Assembly: GCA_965200965.1 (NCBI GenBank)
Contig: OZ241744.1
Coordinates: 1,216,001-1,280,000, forward strand
Source: an uncultured Candidatus Binatia bacterium
GTDB lineage: Bacteria; Desulfobacterota; Binatia; Bin18
Length of the DNA stretch: 64,000 nucleotides
Direction of reading: 5' to 3'
Below, piece after piece: positions 31,292 through 42,246 of the stretch. Numbering within the stretch: position 1 is the first letter of the stretch; every line of letters begins with the position of its first letter. The translations under genes and the position numbers were made by a program. The notes beneath the pieces were generated by a model. That model was not told the origin of the DNA and did no database searches. It worked only from the letters and a program-made list of their open reading frames with translations.

Positions 31292-31382
31292 CTGTCCCCC
31301 CTGCTTGTACGGAGAAACTGTAAATAACCCCAACCCACGCCCTCCTCAAACGCTGTCCCCCCTGCTTGTACGGAGAAACTGT
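31292..31382. repeat. Exact 30-bp direct repeat pair with a 61-bp period
   Basis: CTGTCCCCCCTGCTTGTACGGAGAAACTGT at 31292-31321 and 31353-31382. Confidence 0.9.
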
Positions 31383-31450
31383 CCCAGGCGCAAGCCAGGT
31401 CAAGAGACTGGGCTTGCGCTGCTGTCCCCGGCCTGCTAGACTGCCGGCTC

Positions 31451-31909
31451 GTGCAAACTGTTGGACTGACGGCGAGCGTCACCGGCTTCCTGCTTATCGG
31501 CATGGCCACCCTGGTATACCTGTTCAGCGTCTTGGGCGAGGCCAGTCTCGACTTGGGCCGGACCTACCAGTTGTACGCCGATTTCACCAGCGCCAGCGGC
31601 CTTGAACCCGGCGCGGTGGTTGAGGTGGCCGGTGTGACAGTCGGCCGGGTCAACGCCGTCTGGCGTATTGACAGCCGCGCCCGAGTCAGCTTCTCGGTCC
31701 GCAAGGATATCCAGCTTCAGGAAGATACCATCGCCTCAATAAAAACCCGTGGTCTGCTCGGCGGCCTCTACCTGACCCTGTCCTTGGGCGGCTCTGACCG
31801 GATTCTGGGACCCGGTGACACAATTCGTGAAACCGAAGCCCCGCTGGATATTCCAGGCTTGATGTCCGCCTACGTCGCCTCCCAGCGTGCGACATCCGGT
31901 GGACACTAG
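31451..31909 (+). CDS. mlaD: MlaD/MCE family protein
   Basis: N-terminal TM helix, ASGLEPGAVVEVAGVTVGRV, IKTRGLLG. Confidence 0.82.
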   Translation: MQTVGLTASVTGFLLIGMATLVYLFSVLGEASLDLGRTYQLYADFTSASGLEPGAVVEVAGVTVGRVNAVWRIDSRARVSFSVRKDIQLQEDTIASIKTRGLLGGLYLTLSLGGSDRILGPGDTIRETEAPLDIPGLMSAYVASQRATSGGH

Positions 31910-32083
31910 GCCACCCCCTCTATTCCCGGTCGTCCCTGCGCTTTTTCCGGCGGTAGGCGGCCGGCTTCATCCGCACAGCCCAACACCGTGGACAGCGCCA
32001 CTTCTCCTGTTTATGCGGCCGGTGGGCCTGAACCTGCATCTTGATACGGCAACGCGGGCAGTGCATGACCAATCCTGTCTGGT

Positions 32084-32540
32084 GTGTGTATGCCATACCG
32101 TGGGGTCATGCCAGAGCCGGCCCGCCGCCAGCGGGGGATTTTCAGCCGCGGGACAGCCAGCTTTGCCACCGCCGAGGGCCGGTGTGCCCATCAGGCCGAA
32201 ATCGACGCCGCCATCTCGACCTGGACCGGCCGGCAAGACGTGTTTGGGGCCGAGGCCAGGCTGCAAGGCGAGAAGGTTCCGGCCAGCGCGGTCCGAACCA
32301 TGCACCAGTTGTACCAGGACCCCCAGTTGCTTCACCGGGAATACTTTGTTGACTTGGCGCACCCCCACCACGGCAAAACAACGGTCGAAGGCTCACGCTT
32401 CAAGCTGTCCCGCACTCCGGTCCCAGGTCGGTGGCTCGGCGGCCACTCTGGGTCGTGACAATCAGTATGTGCCGGAAAAAATTTTGGGATCCAGCGAGGA
32501 AAAGATCACCCAACTGGTGAGCGCCGAGGTGCTGGAGTAG
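32084..32540 (+). pseudogene. C-terminal remnant of a CaiB/BaiF family III CoA-transferase
   Basis: EIDAAISTW, DPQLLHRE, FKLSRTP, then a +1 frameshift near 32420 into AATLGRDN..ILG; 5' part absent and left edge approximate. Confidence 0.75.
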
Positions 32541-32568
32541 GCTTTCAGCCGGCCCGCACATTGCCCCC

Positions 32569-33369
32569 ATGCCAGCCCCGCCCAACAGCATCATTGAAAT
32601 CAGCAACGCGACGGTCTACCGCCAGCATAACCGGGTTTTCGACGGGCTGTCGCTGCGCATTGCCGAAGGCTGTCATACCGCCATCCTGGGTCCCAACGGA
32701 GCCGGCAAATCGACCTTGCTGAAACTCTTGTCGCGCGAGCTGTATCCGGTCCGGCAGGCCGGCAGCACAATCCGCATCAATGGCCAGGAACGCTGGGATG
32801 TGTGGACGCTGCGCCGCCACTTTGGCTTGGTCTCGCACGACCTCCAGCGGGAGTATCTGGGCAGTGTGACGGGGCTGAGCGTAATCTTGTCGGGCTATTA
32901 TGCCAGCAATAATATCTGGAGCCACCAGGATTTCAGCCCGGCCAACATTGCGCGGGCCTATGAGTTGATGGAGCGACTCGATATTACCACCCTCAAAGAC
33001 CGGCCCTTCTCCAGCCTGTCAACCGGCGAACAACGCCGCTTTCTGCTCGGTCGGGCGCTGGTCCACAACCCCGATACGCTGGTCCTGGACGAGCCGACCA
33101 GCGGCCTGGACCTCAAAACCTGCTTTCAGTACCTCGCCACCATTCGCCGGCTGATGCAGACCGGCAAGACCATTGTGCTGGTCACCCACCACATTCACGA
33201 AATTCCGCCAGAAATCTCGCGCGTGGTGTTGTTGAAACACGGGCGGGTGGTGGCCGACGGCGACAAGGCCAAGTTGTTCACCGACGCCACTCTGAGCCGC
33301 CTGTTTGACACCCCGGTCCACCTGCTCCAGGCCAAGGGCTACTATCAGGCGATTCCGGGCTCGGCATAG
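32569..33369 (+). CDS. ABC ATP-binding protein (ModF/YlmA-like)
   Basis: GPNGAGKS, LSTGE, LVLDEP, VTHH. Confidence 0.9.
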   Translation: MPAPPNSIIEISNATVYRQHNRVFDGLSLRIAEGCHTAILGPNGAGKSTLLKLLSRELYPVRQAGSTIRINGQERWDVWTLRRHFGLVSHDLQREYLGSVTGLSVILSGYYASNNIWSHQDFSPANIARAYELMERLDITTLKDRPFSSLSTGEQRRFLLGRALVHNPDTLVLDEPTSGLDLKTCFQYLATIRRLMQTGKTIVLVTHHIHEIPPEISRVVLLKHGRVVADGDKAKLFTDATLSRLFDTPVHLLQAKGYYQAIPGSA

Positions 33370-33387
33370 CAGACACCCGTCCCAGCC

Positions 33388-35040
33388 ATGACGCCGCCGC
33401 CCGTCCAACACGTCCCAACCCGGCCCTTTTCCGACCAACGGCCCGGCACCTCGGGCCTGCGCAAAAAAACGCGGGTGTTTGCCCAAGCGCACTATGTGGA
33501 AAACTTCGTCCAGGCGGTCTTCATCTCCCTTCAGGACGACGCCCCGCTTGACCTCAGCCGCGAAAGCTTGGCCGTTGGCGGCGATGGACGCTATTACAAC
33601 CGCCAAGCCATCCAGCGGATTATCCGCATGGCAGTCGCCCACGGCTTCAGGCGCGTATTGGTCGGCCGGGGCGGCCTGCTGTCCACCCCGGCCATGTCCG
33701 CGGTCATCCGTCGCCACCACCTCTTAGGCGGGCTGATTCTGAGCGCCAGTCACAACCCGGGCGGCCCCCAGGCCGACTTTGGCATCAAGTACAATATGCG
33801 CAATGGCGGCCCCGCCTCCGAGCGCGTGACGCAGCGGATCTACGCCCACAGCCGGCGTCTGTCTTCATACCGGACCGTCGAGTGGCCAGATATTGATCTT
33901 GAGCGGGAAGGCTCAAGCCACATCGGCGGCACCGAGGTCCGGGTGATTGATCCGCTGGCCGACTATACCGCTCTCATGCAGGCTGTGTTTGACTTCGATG
34001 CCCTGCGGGCGCTCTTCCAGACTGGTTTTCGGCTGCGGTTTGACGCCATGCACGGGGTGACCGGGCCATACGCCCGGCATATTTTTGTGGACTGCCTCGG
34101 TGCGCCCGGGGCCAGCCTGCTGCACGCCACCCCGCTTGAAGACTTTGGCGGCGTCCATCCCGACCCCAATCTGGTCCACGCCGCGGGGCTCGTAGCCGAG
34201 CTGTCAGCGCCAGACGGGCCGGACTTTGGCGCGGCCTGCGACGGCGACGGCGACCGCAACCTCATCCTGGGCCGGGGCTGTTTTGTCACTCCCGGCGATT
34301 CGGTGGCGATTATTGCCCAACACGCGGCCAACTGCATCCCCGCCTACCGGGCCGGGCTGAGCGGTGTGGCCCGCTCCATGCCGACGAGCACCGCGCTCGA
34401 CCGCGTCGCCCGGGCACTCGGCATTGCGTGCTACGAAACCCCGACCGGCTGGAAATTTTTCGGCAATCTGATGGACGCCGGGCTGTGCAGCCTGTGCGGC
34501 GAAGAGAGCTTTGGCACCGGCTCAGATCACATCCGGGAAAAAGACGGGCTGTGGGCGGTGCTGTGCTGGCTGTCGATCCTGGCTCGGACAGGAAAATCAG
34601 TCGGCCAGATTGTCCATGACCACTGGCAACGCTTTGGCCGCAGTTACTACCAGCGCCACGACTTTGAACGCCTCGACGCCCAGGCCGTGAGCGGCGCGCT
34701 GGCGGCACTCCGCCACACCTTGCCCAGCCTAGTCGGCAGCCGGCTGGCCGGCTGCGCCGTCCGCCTGGCCGACGACTTCAGCTACACCGACCCGGTCGAC
34801 CACAGCCTAAGCCGCCGCCAGGGCTTGCGCATCGGCCTAGCCGACGGATCACGTCTGGTGTATCGCATATCGGGGACCGGGACGGACACGGCCACGCTGC
34901 GGGTCTATGCCGAGCGTTACACCGCCCAGTCCACGCGCAAGCCCCCCGAGGCCGTGCTGAGGCCGCTGGTGCAGGCCGCGGTCAAGCTGCTCGGGCTGCC
35001 CCAGCGTTGCGGGGTTGATACCGCCAGTGTGATTACTTGA
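33388..35040 (+). CDS. pgm: Phosphoglucomutase
   Basis: PGTSGLRKK, SASHNPGG, DGDGDRN, CGEESFG, REKDG. Confidence 0.94.
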   Translation: MTPPPVQHVPTRPFSDQRPGTSGLRKKTRVFAQAHYVENFVQAVFISLQDDAPLDLSRESLAVGGDGRYYNRQAIQRIIRMAVAHGFRRVLVGRGGLLSTPAMSAVIRRHHLLGGLILSASHNPGGPQADFGIKYNMRNGGPASERVTQRIYAHSRRLSSYRTVEWPDIDLEREGSSHIGGTEVRVIDPLADYTALMQAVFDFDALRALFQTGFRLRFDAMHGVTGPYARHIFVDCLGAPGASLLHATPLEDFGGVHPDPNLVHAAGLVAELSAPDGPDFGAACDGDGDRNLILGRGCFVTPGDSVAIIAQHAANCIPAYRAGLSGVARSMPTSTALDRVARALGIACYETPTGWKFFGNLMDAGLCSLCGEESFGTGSDHIREKDGLWAVLCWLSILARTGKSVGQIVHDHWQRFGRSYYQRHDFERLDAQAVSGALAALRHTLPSLVGSRLAGCAVRLADDFSYTDPVDHSLSRRQGLRIGLADGSRLVYRISGTGTDTATLRVYAERYTAQSTRKPPEAVLRPLVQAAVKLLGLPQRCGVDTASVIT

Positions 35041-35063
35041 GCGGCACCAGAAAGGTCTGAGCC

Positions 35064-36143
35064 ATGCGCAGGCATAGTGCGATCGTTGTTACCATTGTGG
35101 CCGTGCTGGGCCGGCTGGCACTGGCCGAGGCCGGGCCGCCCGTCGCCCGGGGCGGGCTGACCGATGTGGCCGGGGTCAAGCTCGGCCACTACACCCTCAG
35201 TCAGCGGCCGACCGGCTGCACCGTCGTTCTGGTCGAAGACGGGGCGGTCGCCGGGGCTGACGTGCGCGGCTCTGCCCCGGGCACGCGCGAGACCGACCTG
35301 TTGCGACCAGTCAGCCTAGTTGACCACATTCACGCCGTTGTACTGGCCGGTGGTAGCGCCTTTGGCTTGGCCGCGGCAGAGGGCGTCGTTCGATACCTGG
35401 AAGAGAGCGGCATCGGTTTTCTGACCTCGGCGGCAAAAGTCCCGATTGTCCCGGCCGCCATTCTCTACGATCTCGGCGTTGGCGACCCCAGCGTTCGCCC
35501 CAGCGCGGAATGCGGTTACTTGGCGGCCAAGGCGGCTACTAGCGGTCCAGTTGCCGAGGGCAATGTCGGGGCCGGAGTTGGGGCGACCGTCGGTAAGCTG
35601 ACCGGACCCGGCCGGGCCATGAAATCCGGCCTGGGAACCGCCTCCATCCGCCTGCCGAGCGGCCTGACCGTGGCCGCGGTAGTGGCAGTCAACGCGCTCG
35701 GCGACATCATTGACCCCCAGACCAACCAGGTTGTGGCCGGCCTGCGGACCGAGGACGGCCGGAGGCTGGCCGACAGCCGTGGCCGGCTGCGCTCCGCCGG
35801 TGCGACCCATAGCCAGGGCGGGCAAAATACCACTATCGGCATCATTGCCACCAATGCCCGGCTGACCAAGGTCCAGGTCACCAAGGTCGCCCAGATGGCC
35901 CACGACGGTTTTGCCCGGGCCATCAACCCGGTGCATACGCCGTACGACGGCGACACGATTTTTGCCCTGGCCACCGGCACCTACCAGGAGGATGGGCCCG
36001 CCCTGGCTGGGGTCCTGCATATTGGAGCCTTAGCCGCCGAGGTCATGGCCGAGGCGATTGTCCGCGCCGGGCGTGCCGCGGTCAGCATCCCCGGCTATCC
36101 CGCGGTGCGCGATCTGACCCCAACGGGCAGCCCACGGCGCTGA
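35064..36143 (+). CDS. P1/S58 (DmpA-like) peptidase with signal peptide
   Basis: GSAPGTRETDLL, GGSAFGL, NTTIG, PVHTPYDGDTIF. Confidence 0.88.
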   Translation: MRRHSAIVVTIVAVLGRLALAEAGPPVARGGLTDVAGVKLGHYTLSQRPTGCTVVLVEDGAVAGADVRGSAPGTRETDLLRPVSLVDHIHAVVLAGGSAFGLAAAEGVVRYLEESGIGFLTSAAKVPIVPAAILYDLGVGDPSVRPSAECGYLAAKAATSGPVAEGNVGAGVGATVGKLTGPGRAMKSGLGTASIRLPSGLTVAAVVAVNALGDIIDPQTNQVVAGLRTEDGRRLADSRGRLRSAGATHSQGGQNTTIGIIATNARLTKVQVTKVAQMAHDGFARAINPVHTPYDGDTIFALATGTYQEDGPALAGVLHIGALAAEVMAEAIVRAGRAAVSIPGYPAVRDLTPTGSPRR

Positions 36144-36391
36144 TGCCAACCGCTTTACCATGATGGGAATCTCCGCCCCGGCTAGGCCAAACAGCCCGGC
36201 CCTATCTATCCTGACCGCTTCCGCCGCGTGGCCGGGTTAAAGTGCAGCCACACCACTTCCGTCAGCGTCATCACCGTTCAGACAGGCACGGCCTGCCTTG
36301 CCGAGACCGACCTGACTTGGTAGAGGAAAGAGACCCACAGGCCGGCGGAGCAGTCATCCTGGAGGTTGCCACGGCGAGGAGGACAGGGCGC

Positions 36392-37621
36392 ATGATCGTC
36401 ATGAATGAACATTATCTCCAGCTCCAGGCGTCGTATTTGTTTTCGGATATCGCCAAGCGGGTGGCCGCGTTTCAGAAACGCCATCCAGACCGGGATGTCA
36501 TCCGGCTGGGGATTGGCGACGTGACCCGCGGTCTGCCGGCGGCCTGCATTGCCGCTCTGCACGCCGCGGTGGACGAAATGGCCAATGACGCGACTTTTCG
36601 TGGCTACGGCCCCGAGTTGGGCTACGAGTTTTTACGCCAGGCAGTCGCCGAGCACGACTTCCAGGCGCGTGGCCTTGATATCTCCCCGGATGAGGTCTTT
36701 ATTAGCGATGGGACTAAGTGCGATTCGGGCAATTTTCAAGAACTGTTCGCCCCGGACACCCGCATTGCCGTGCCCGACCCGGTCTATCCGGTCTATGTTG
36801 ACACGAACGTCATGGCCGGCCGCTCCACCGGCTGGCAGGACGGCCGTTACCAAGGGTTGGTGTATTTGGAATCGACCCAGGACAACAATTACATCCCCGC
36901 CCCGCCCCAGACCAAGGTTGACGTCATCTATCTGTGCTTTCCCAACAATCCGACCGGCAGCATGGTCACCGGGGACCAACTCCGGCCGTGGGTGGACTAT
37001 GCCAGGGACAACAAAGCCCTGATTCTGTACGACGCGGCTTATGTCGAGTTTATCCGCGACAACAGCCTGCCCCAGAGCATCTATGATGTGGACGGGGCCA
37101 AGGAGGTAGCGGTCGAGTTTCGCAGCTTCTCAAAGACGGCCGGGTTTACCGGCACCCGCTGCGCCTACACCATTGTGCCCAAGCCGTGTCGGGTCTACGA
37201 CTCGCAGGGTAGGGCCCACGCCTTGCATGCGCTGTGGGACCGCCGCCAATCGACCAAGTTCAACGGGGTGTCGTATCCGGTCCAGCGGGCCGCGCAGGCG
37301 GTGTACTCCCCACAGGGCAAACGGCAGGTCCGGGAGTTGAGCGATTATTACCTGGCCAACGCGGCCCTGATTCGTCAGACCATGAGCGGCCTCGGCTACG
37401 CCTGTGTGGGCGGTGAACACGCCCCCTATGTCTGGATCAAGGCCGCTACCGACTCGTGGGAGTTCTTTGACCTGCTGCTGAACAAGGCCGGGGTGGTGTG
37501 TACCCCGGGCGCAGGTTTTGGCAAGTGTGGCGAGGGCTACGCCCGGCTCAGCGCGTTTACCAGCAGGGAAAACGTCGAGACGGCCCTTGAGCGGATCAAC
37601 GCGGCCCTGCGCGGCCCATAA
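36392..37621 (+). CDS. dapL: LL-diaminopimelate aminotransferase
   Basis: YLFSDIA, LGIGDVT, GYGPE, DPVYPVYVD, PNNPTG, SFSKTAGFTGTR; AGGAGG RBS. Confidence 0.95.
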   Translation: MIVMNEHYLQLQASYLFSDIAKRVAAFQKRHPDRDVIRLGIGDVTRGLPAACIAALHAAVDEMANDATFRGYGPELGYEFLRQAVAEHDFQARGLDISPDEVFISDGTKCDSGNFQELFAPDTRIAVPDPVYPVYVDTNVMAGRSTGWQDGRYQGLVYLESTQDNNYIPAPPQTKVDVIYLCFPNNPTGSMVTGDQLRPWVDYARDNKALILYDAAYVEFIRDNSLPQSIYDVDGAKEVAVEFRSFSKTAGFTGTRCAYTIVPKPCRVYDSQGRAHALHALWDRRQSTKFNGVSYPVQRAAQAVYSPQGKRQVRELSDYYLANAALIRQTMSGLGYACVGGEHAPYVWIKAATDSWEFFDLLLNKAGVVCTPGAGFGKCGEGYARLSAFTSRENVETALERINAALRGP

Positions 37622-37687
37622 AAAGACGCCCGGGGCACGAAACCCCAGTCTGTAGCCTTGTGCAGTGAGGGAGAGGGGGGCAGAAAT

Positions 37688-39907
37688 ATGGCGGTGATGT
37701 TTGCATCGGCCCGGCGGCGGGCGTGGTGGCTTGTCAGCCTCGTCTATGCGCTCGCCCGAGACGTGTTGCAACGACAGCACTCCCGTGAGCAGGGGCTGAG
37801 CGCCCTGTTGCTTATCAGCCTTGGCCTTGTTCACGCCCTTGCCCGGCCAGCCCCAGCCCAGAATGCTGCGCCGCCGGCAGAAGCCGGCGAAGCCGCCACA
37901 CTTGCACCGCTGACCGTTTCAGCCGAGCGCATCCTGCCCTTTGCGGGAGCGGGCGGCACGGTGGTGTCGGCCCGCTTGGCGCGTGAGCATCACGCCAAAG
38001 ATGTGGCCGAAATCCTCAAGACCGAAGTCCCCGGAGTGACTGGCAAACGCATCGGCGGGATGCACCTTGACCCCATCATCCGCGGGCTGCGCGAGGACCG
38101 GCTGAGCGTCATGACCAACGGCACCAAGATATGGGGCGGCGGGCCGTTTCGCATGGACCCGCCGACCTCGCTGCTGGAAATCGAGGATATTGAAGCCATT
38201 GAGGTCATCAAGGGGCCGTACTCCGTTACCCGGGGCCCGAGCGGCATCGGCGGCACGATCAACCTGGTGACTAAACAGCCCGAACTCGCAGCCGAGTGGT
38301 ACGCCAGCGGCTCGCTCGGCAGCCTGTACGCCAGCAACTACAAGGGCTTTGCCGGCTTGGCCTCGGTCAGCGCCGGTGGGCCACGCCTAGCCTTTCGGCT
38401 GTCGGGCAGCTACCGCGACTATCAGGACTATGACTCGGGCGATGGCGAGCAGATACAGTCCGGGTTTCAAAGCCAGTCTGTGTCTGGCGCGCTGCTGTGG
38501 CAGCCCCACGCGGCTCATCGCTTTCACCTGTCACTGAGCCGGGAGTCAGACCGCGACTCGCGCTTTGCCACCCTGCCCCTGCACCTCGAAGAAGACGATG
38601 CCTATCTCGGCTCGCTGACATATACCTTCACCGAGCCGCTGCCCTCGGTCCACAGCCTGAGCCTCACCGGCTACTACAACTATGTGCATCACCGGATGAA
38701 CAACGAGCATAAGCCCAGCCGGGTCATGCTGAGCAATACCCTGCCGCTTGACGCCCGGACCTTTGGCGGGCGGCTGAAGGCGACTCTAGGCCCGGCCTGG
38801 GGCGGCCGCCTGACGGTCGGCGGCGACGCCTACCGGCTGGAGCGCGAGGGCACCCACCGGATCAGGTTTCGCCTCGGGCCAAACGCCGGTCGGCGGGTGT
38901 CGTTTGCGACTTGGCCCGAGACCTCGATCATGGACGGCGGCATCTTTATCGAGTACGACTATCGGCTCGCTGCCAAGTGGCGGCTTATTGTCGGGGCTCG
39001 GGTGGATTTTGTCAGCACCACAGCCGACCCGGACGCGACAACCCAACTGCGCTATCGTAGCAATACCCCTGCCGGGGCTGATACGGATGACATTGACAGC
39101 TTTGAGACCAACGTGAGTGCCAACGGCCGGCTGATCTATTCACCCCTGCCGACGCTTGACCTGTTTGTCGGGCTAGGCCGGGCGGTGCGGACGGCCGATG
39201 CGACCGAACGCTATCTGGCCTTTGGCCCGGGCCCGGGCGGCTTCTATGTCGGCAACCCCGCCCTTGACCCCGAAGAGAGCCTGGAGGTCGATGTCGGCCT
39301 GAACGCCGGCTGGGGACGGCTGGCGGTGGACGGCTCGTTTTTCTACAACCGCGTGGACGACTACATCCTGCCACATGTCATCGATCCAGAGCGGGCCAAC
39401 CCGGTCCGCACATTCCTGCCGATGGCCCCTGGCACCACAATCCTGCGCGGCTTTCGCAATATCGATCACGCCTCGTTGGTCGGCGTTGAGCTCGGTCTCA
39501 GTTATGTCCTGCGGGAAGACCTGAGTCTAGTCGGCACCTTTGCCTATGTGCGGGGAGAAAATGAGCAGGACAACACCGCCCTGCCCGAGATTCCACCCCT
39601 GGAGGGCCGGCTGGGGCTGCGCTATGAGCACCCGGACTGGGGGCTGTGGCTGAACCCGACGGTCCGGCTGGCCCAGAGCCAGCACCGCATTGACACCGCG
39701 TTTGGCGAGGATGTCACGCCCGGCTTCGTCACCGTGGACCTCAACGCCGGCTGGCGTGCCCTCGGGCCCTACGAGTTGATTATCGCTGTTGATAACCTGC
39801 TCAACACGACCTATCACGAGCACATGACCCGGGAAAATCCGTTTAGTGGGCGGGAGGTGTTTGAGGCCGGCCGGGTGGTGACGGTCGGTATCAGAGCCAG
39901 CTTTTGA
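37688..39907 (+). CDS. TonB-dependent receptor, OprC/NosA-like
   Basis: Plug IIRGL..., IEVIKGPYS..GGTIN, RMDPPTS, NPALDPE, EIPPLEG, C-terminal Phe; start uncertain. Confidence 0.85.
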   Translation: MAVMFASARRRAWWLVSLVYALARDVLQRQHSREQGLSALLLISLGLVHALARPAPAQNAAPPAEAGEAATLAPLTVSAERILPFAGAGGTVVSARLAREHHAKDVAEILKTEVPGVTGKRIGGMHLDPIIRGLREDRLSVMTNGTKIWGGGPFRMDPPTSLLEIEDIEAIEVIKGPYSVTRGPSGIGGTINLVTKQPELAAEWYASGSLGSLYASNYKGFAGLASVSAGGPRLAFRLSGSYRDYQDYDSGDGEQIQSGFQSQSVSGALLWQPHAAHRFHLSLSRESDRDSRFATLPLHLEEDDAYLGSLTYTFTEPLPSVHSLSLTGYYNYVHHRMNNEHKPSRVMLSNTLPLDARTFGGRLKATLGPAWGGRLTVGGDAYRLEREGTHRIRFRLGPNAGRRVSFATWPETSIMDGGIFIEYDYRLAAKWRLIVGARVDFVSTTADPDATTQLRYRSNTPAGADTDDIDSFETNVSANGRLIYSPLPTLDLFVGLGRAVRTADATERYLAFGPGPGGFYVGNPALDPEESLEVDVGLNAGWGRLAVDGSFFYNRVDDYILPHVIDPERANPVRTFLPMAPGTTILRGFRNIDHASLVGVELGLSYVLREDLSLVGTFAYVRGENEQDNTALPEIPPLEGRLGLRYEHPDWGLWLNPTVRLAQSQHRIDTAFGEDVTPGFVTVDLNAGWRALGPYELIIAVDNLLNTTYHEHMTRENPFSGREVFEAGRVVTVGIRASF

Positions 39908-39945
39908 GCGCTTGACTCTTGCGCCCACACGGCCCACGCTTCGGC

Positions 39946-40722
<777 letters not shown>

Positions 40723-40805
40723 AAACCGCCTGTGCAATGGGCTAAGAGTTGCACGGCAAAACGCGGTTGATAAGGACTGCGGGCAGACCACACAAGGAGG
40801 GACAT

Positions 40806-41672
40806 ATGGCCAAAGTCATGATCGAGGCGGCCATTAACGGCAACGCCATGAGGGATCTCAACCCCCATATTCCGTACAGCCCGGAAGAAATCGCCAACGA
40901 CGCCATCGCCACCTGTCGGGCCGGAGCGGCGCTGATCCATTTTCATGTCCGCAACCCGGACACCGGGGCGTGGGTGCAAGACCTGCCCTACTACTCCGAG
41001 GTCTACACACGCACCCGCGAGCAGTGCAACCCGTTGCTGTGGCCGACCTTTCCGTTTGGCGATGATCCGGTCCGGCGGTTTCAGCACTTTTTTGAGCTGG
41101 CCAGAGACCCGAGCACCAAACCCGACCTGGGGGCCGGCGACATGGGCTCGGTCAACCTGGTGTCGTATGACCCGGTCACCAAAACCCTGGGCGAGGGGAG
41201 TTTTGTCTACCGGAACTCCTACGACACCATCAAACACTTCCTGGAGGGATCAAATGAGCTTGGCCTGCGTCCGACCCTCCAGATTTTTGACGCCAGTTTT
41301 TTGCGCGCCGCCCTGGTCTTCCTGGACAAAGGTGTGCTGAGCGAGCCCCTGTTGCTGAAGTTCTATTTTGGCGGCCCGGCACTGCCGTTTGGCCTGCCCC
41401 CAACTCTCAAGAGCCTCGAAGCCTATCTGGACATGCTCACCGGCGTGCGCTGCCACTGGTTTGCGGCCACCTTAGGCGGCGACAACCTGCCCTTTGTGCC
41501 GCAGATCGTCAGCATGGGCGGCCATGTGCGGGTCGGCCTGGAGGACCATCAGTACGCCAAAGAAGGCCAGCTCAGCAATGCCGAGATTGTGGGCCGGGCG
41601 GTGGGCATGATTACCGGGATGGGCCACGAGGTGGCGACGCCGGAGGAGACGCGGGCGATGCTGGAGACCTGA
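40806..41672 (+). CDS. Beta-keto acid cleavage enzyme (BKACE/DUF849)
   Basis: EAAING, IHFHVR, GGHVRVGLED, ATPEETR. Confidence 0.9.
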   Translation: MAKVMIEAAINGNAMRDLNPHIPYSPEEIANDAIATCRAGAALIHFHVRNPDTGAWVQDLPYYSEVYTRTREQCNPLLWPTFPFGDDPVRRFQHFFELARDPSTKPDLGAGDMGSVNLVSYDPVTKTLGEGSFVYRNSYDTIKHFLEGSNELGLRPTLQIFDASFLRAALVFLDKGVLSEPLLLKFYFGGPALPFGLPPTLKSLEAYLDMLTGVRCHWFAATLGGDNLPFVPQIVSMGGHVRVGLEDHQYAKEGQLSNAEIVGRAVGMITGMGHEVATPEETRAMLET

Positions 41673-41677
41673 AAAGC

Positions 41678-42226
41678 TCACAGGTTCTCAGAAAAGTCCC
41701 GAATGACGAGGCGCTCCTGGGGCAGCAGTCCGAGTTCCGGTCTGGCCTCAAGGCCACACGCCTCTGCCAGCGCGGAGAGCAACAGCGCACTCACAACCCC
41801 CTCTTCGCCGCTCCGGTCGCGGCCGCCCTTGTGCAGGGTGAGGGAGCAGACCCGGGTGCTTGCCGCATTACACACCCCGATATGGGCGCGATGGTCGCCT
41901 TTCCTGGGCCGGTCGCTTGCCAGCGCTGCGGTACAGCCCAGGCCGATAAGCGGCCCTGTCGCATCCGCCCGGAGCCGGACCGCCTGCTGATAGGCGGCTC
42001 GGGCGAGGGCGGCCGCGGCCGCGGCTGTGACCGACTGCCTGACCGTTTCGCCCAGGAAGGCGCTTTGGGCGGCCTGACTGTAGGGGATGACGGCTTCCAG
42101 GACTGTACGCGAAGCGCCGGGCACAGCCAGGAGTTCGGCCACGGCTTGGCCGCCGCCGCCGGTGACGGCCAGGACTGTCATAACCGGGCTCGCGTGGATT
42201 TGGCTGATGAGAGCAGTCGTGTTCAT
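41678..42226 (-). CDS. CinA/PncC-fold protein, divergent
   Basis: VTGGG, VPGASRTVLE..PYS, GLGCTAAL, DRSGEE. Confidence 0.7.
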   Translation of the reverse strand: MNTTALISQIHASPVMTVLAVTGGGGQAVAELLAVPGASRTVLEAVIPYSQAAQSAFLGETVRQSVTAAAAAALARAAYQQAVRLRADATGPLIGLGCTAALASDRPRKGDHRAHIGVCNAASTRVCSLTLHKGGRDRSGEEGVVSALLLSALAEACGLEARPELGLLPQERLVIRDFSENL

Positions 42227-42246
42227 GGCGACCGCTTTGCCCTTCC

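Noticed and set aside
36144-36391. Lysine riboswitch upstream of dapL
   Set aside because: An AGAGG is present, but there is too little room before the RBS and I could not build the multi-stem fold.
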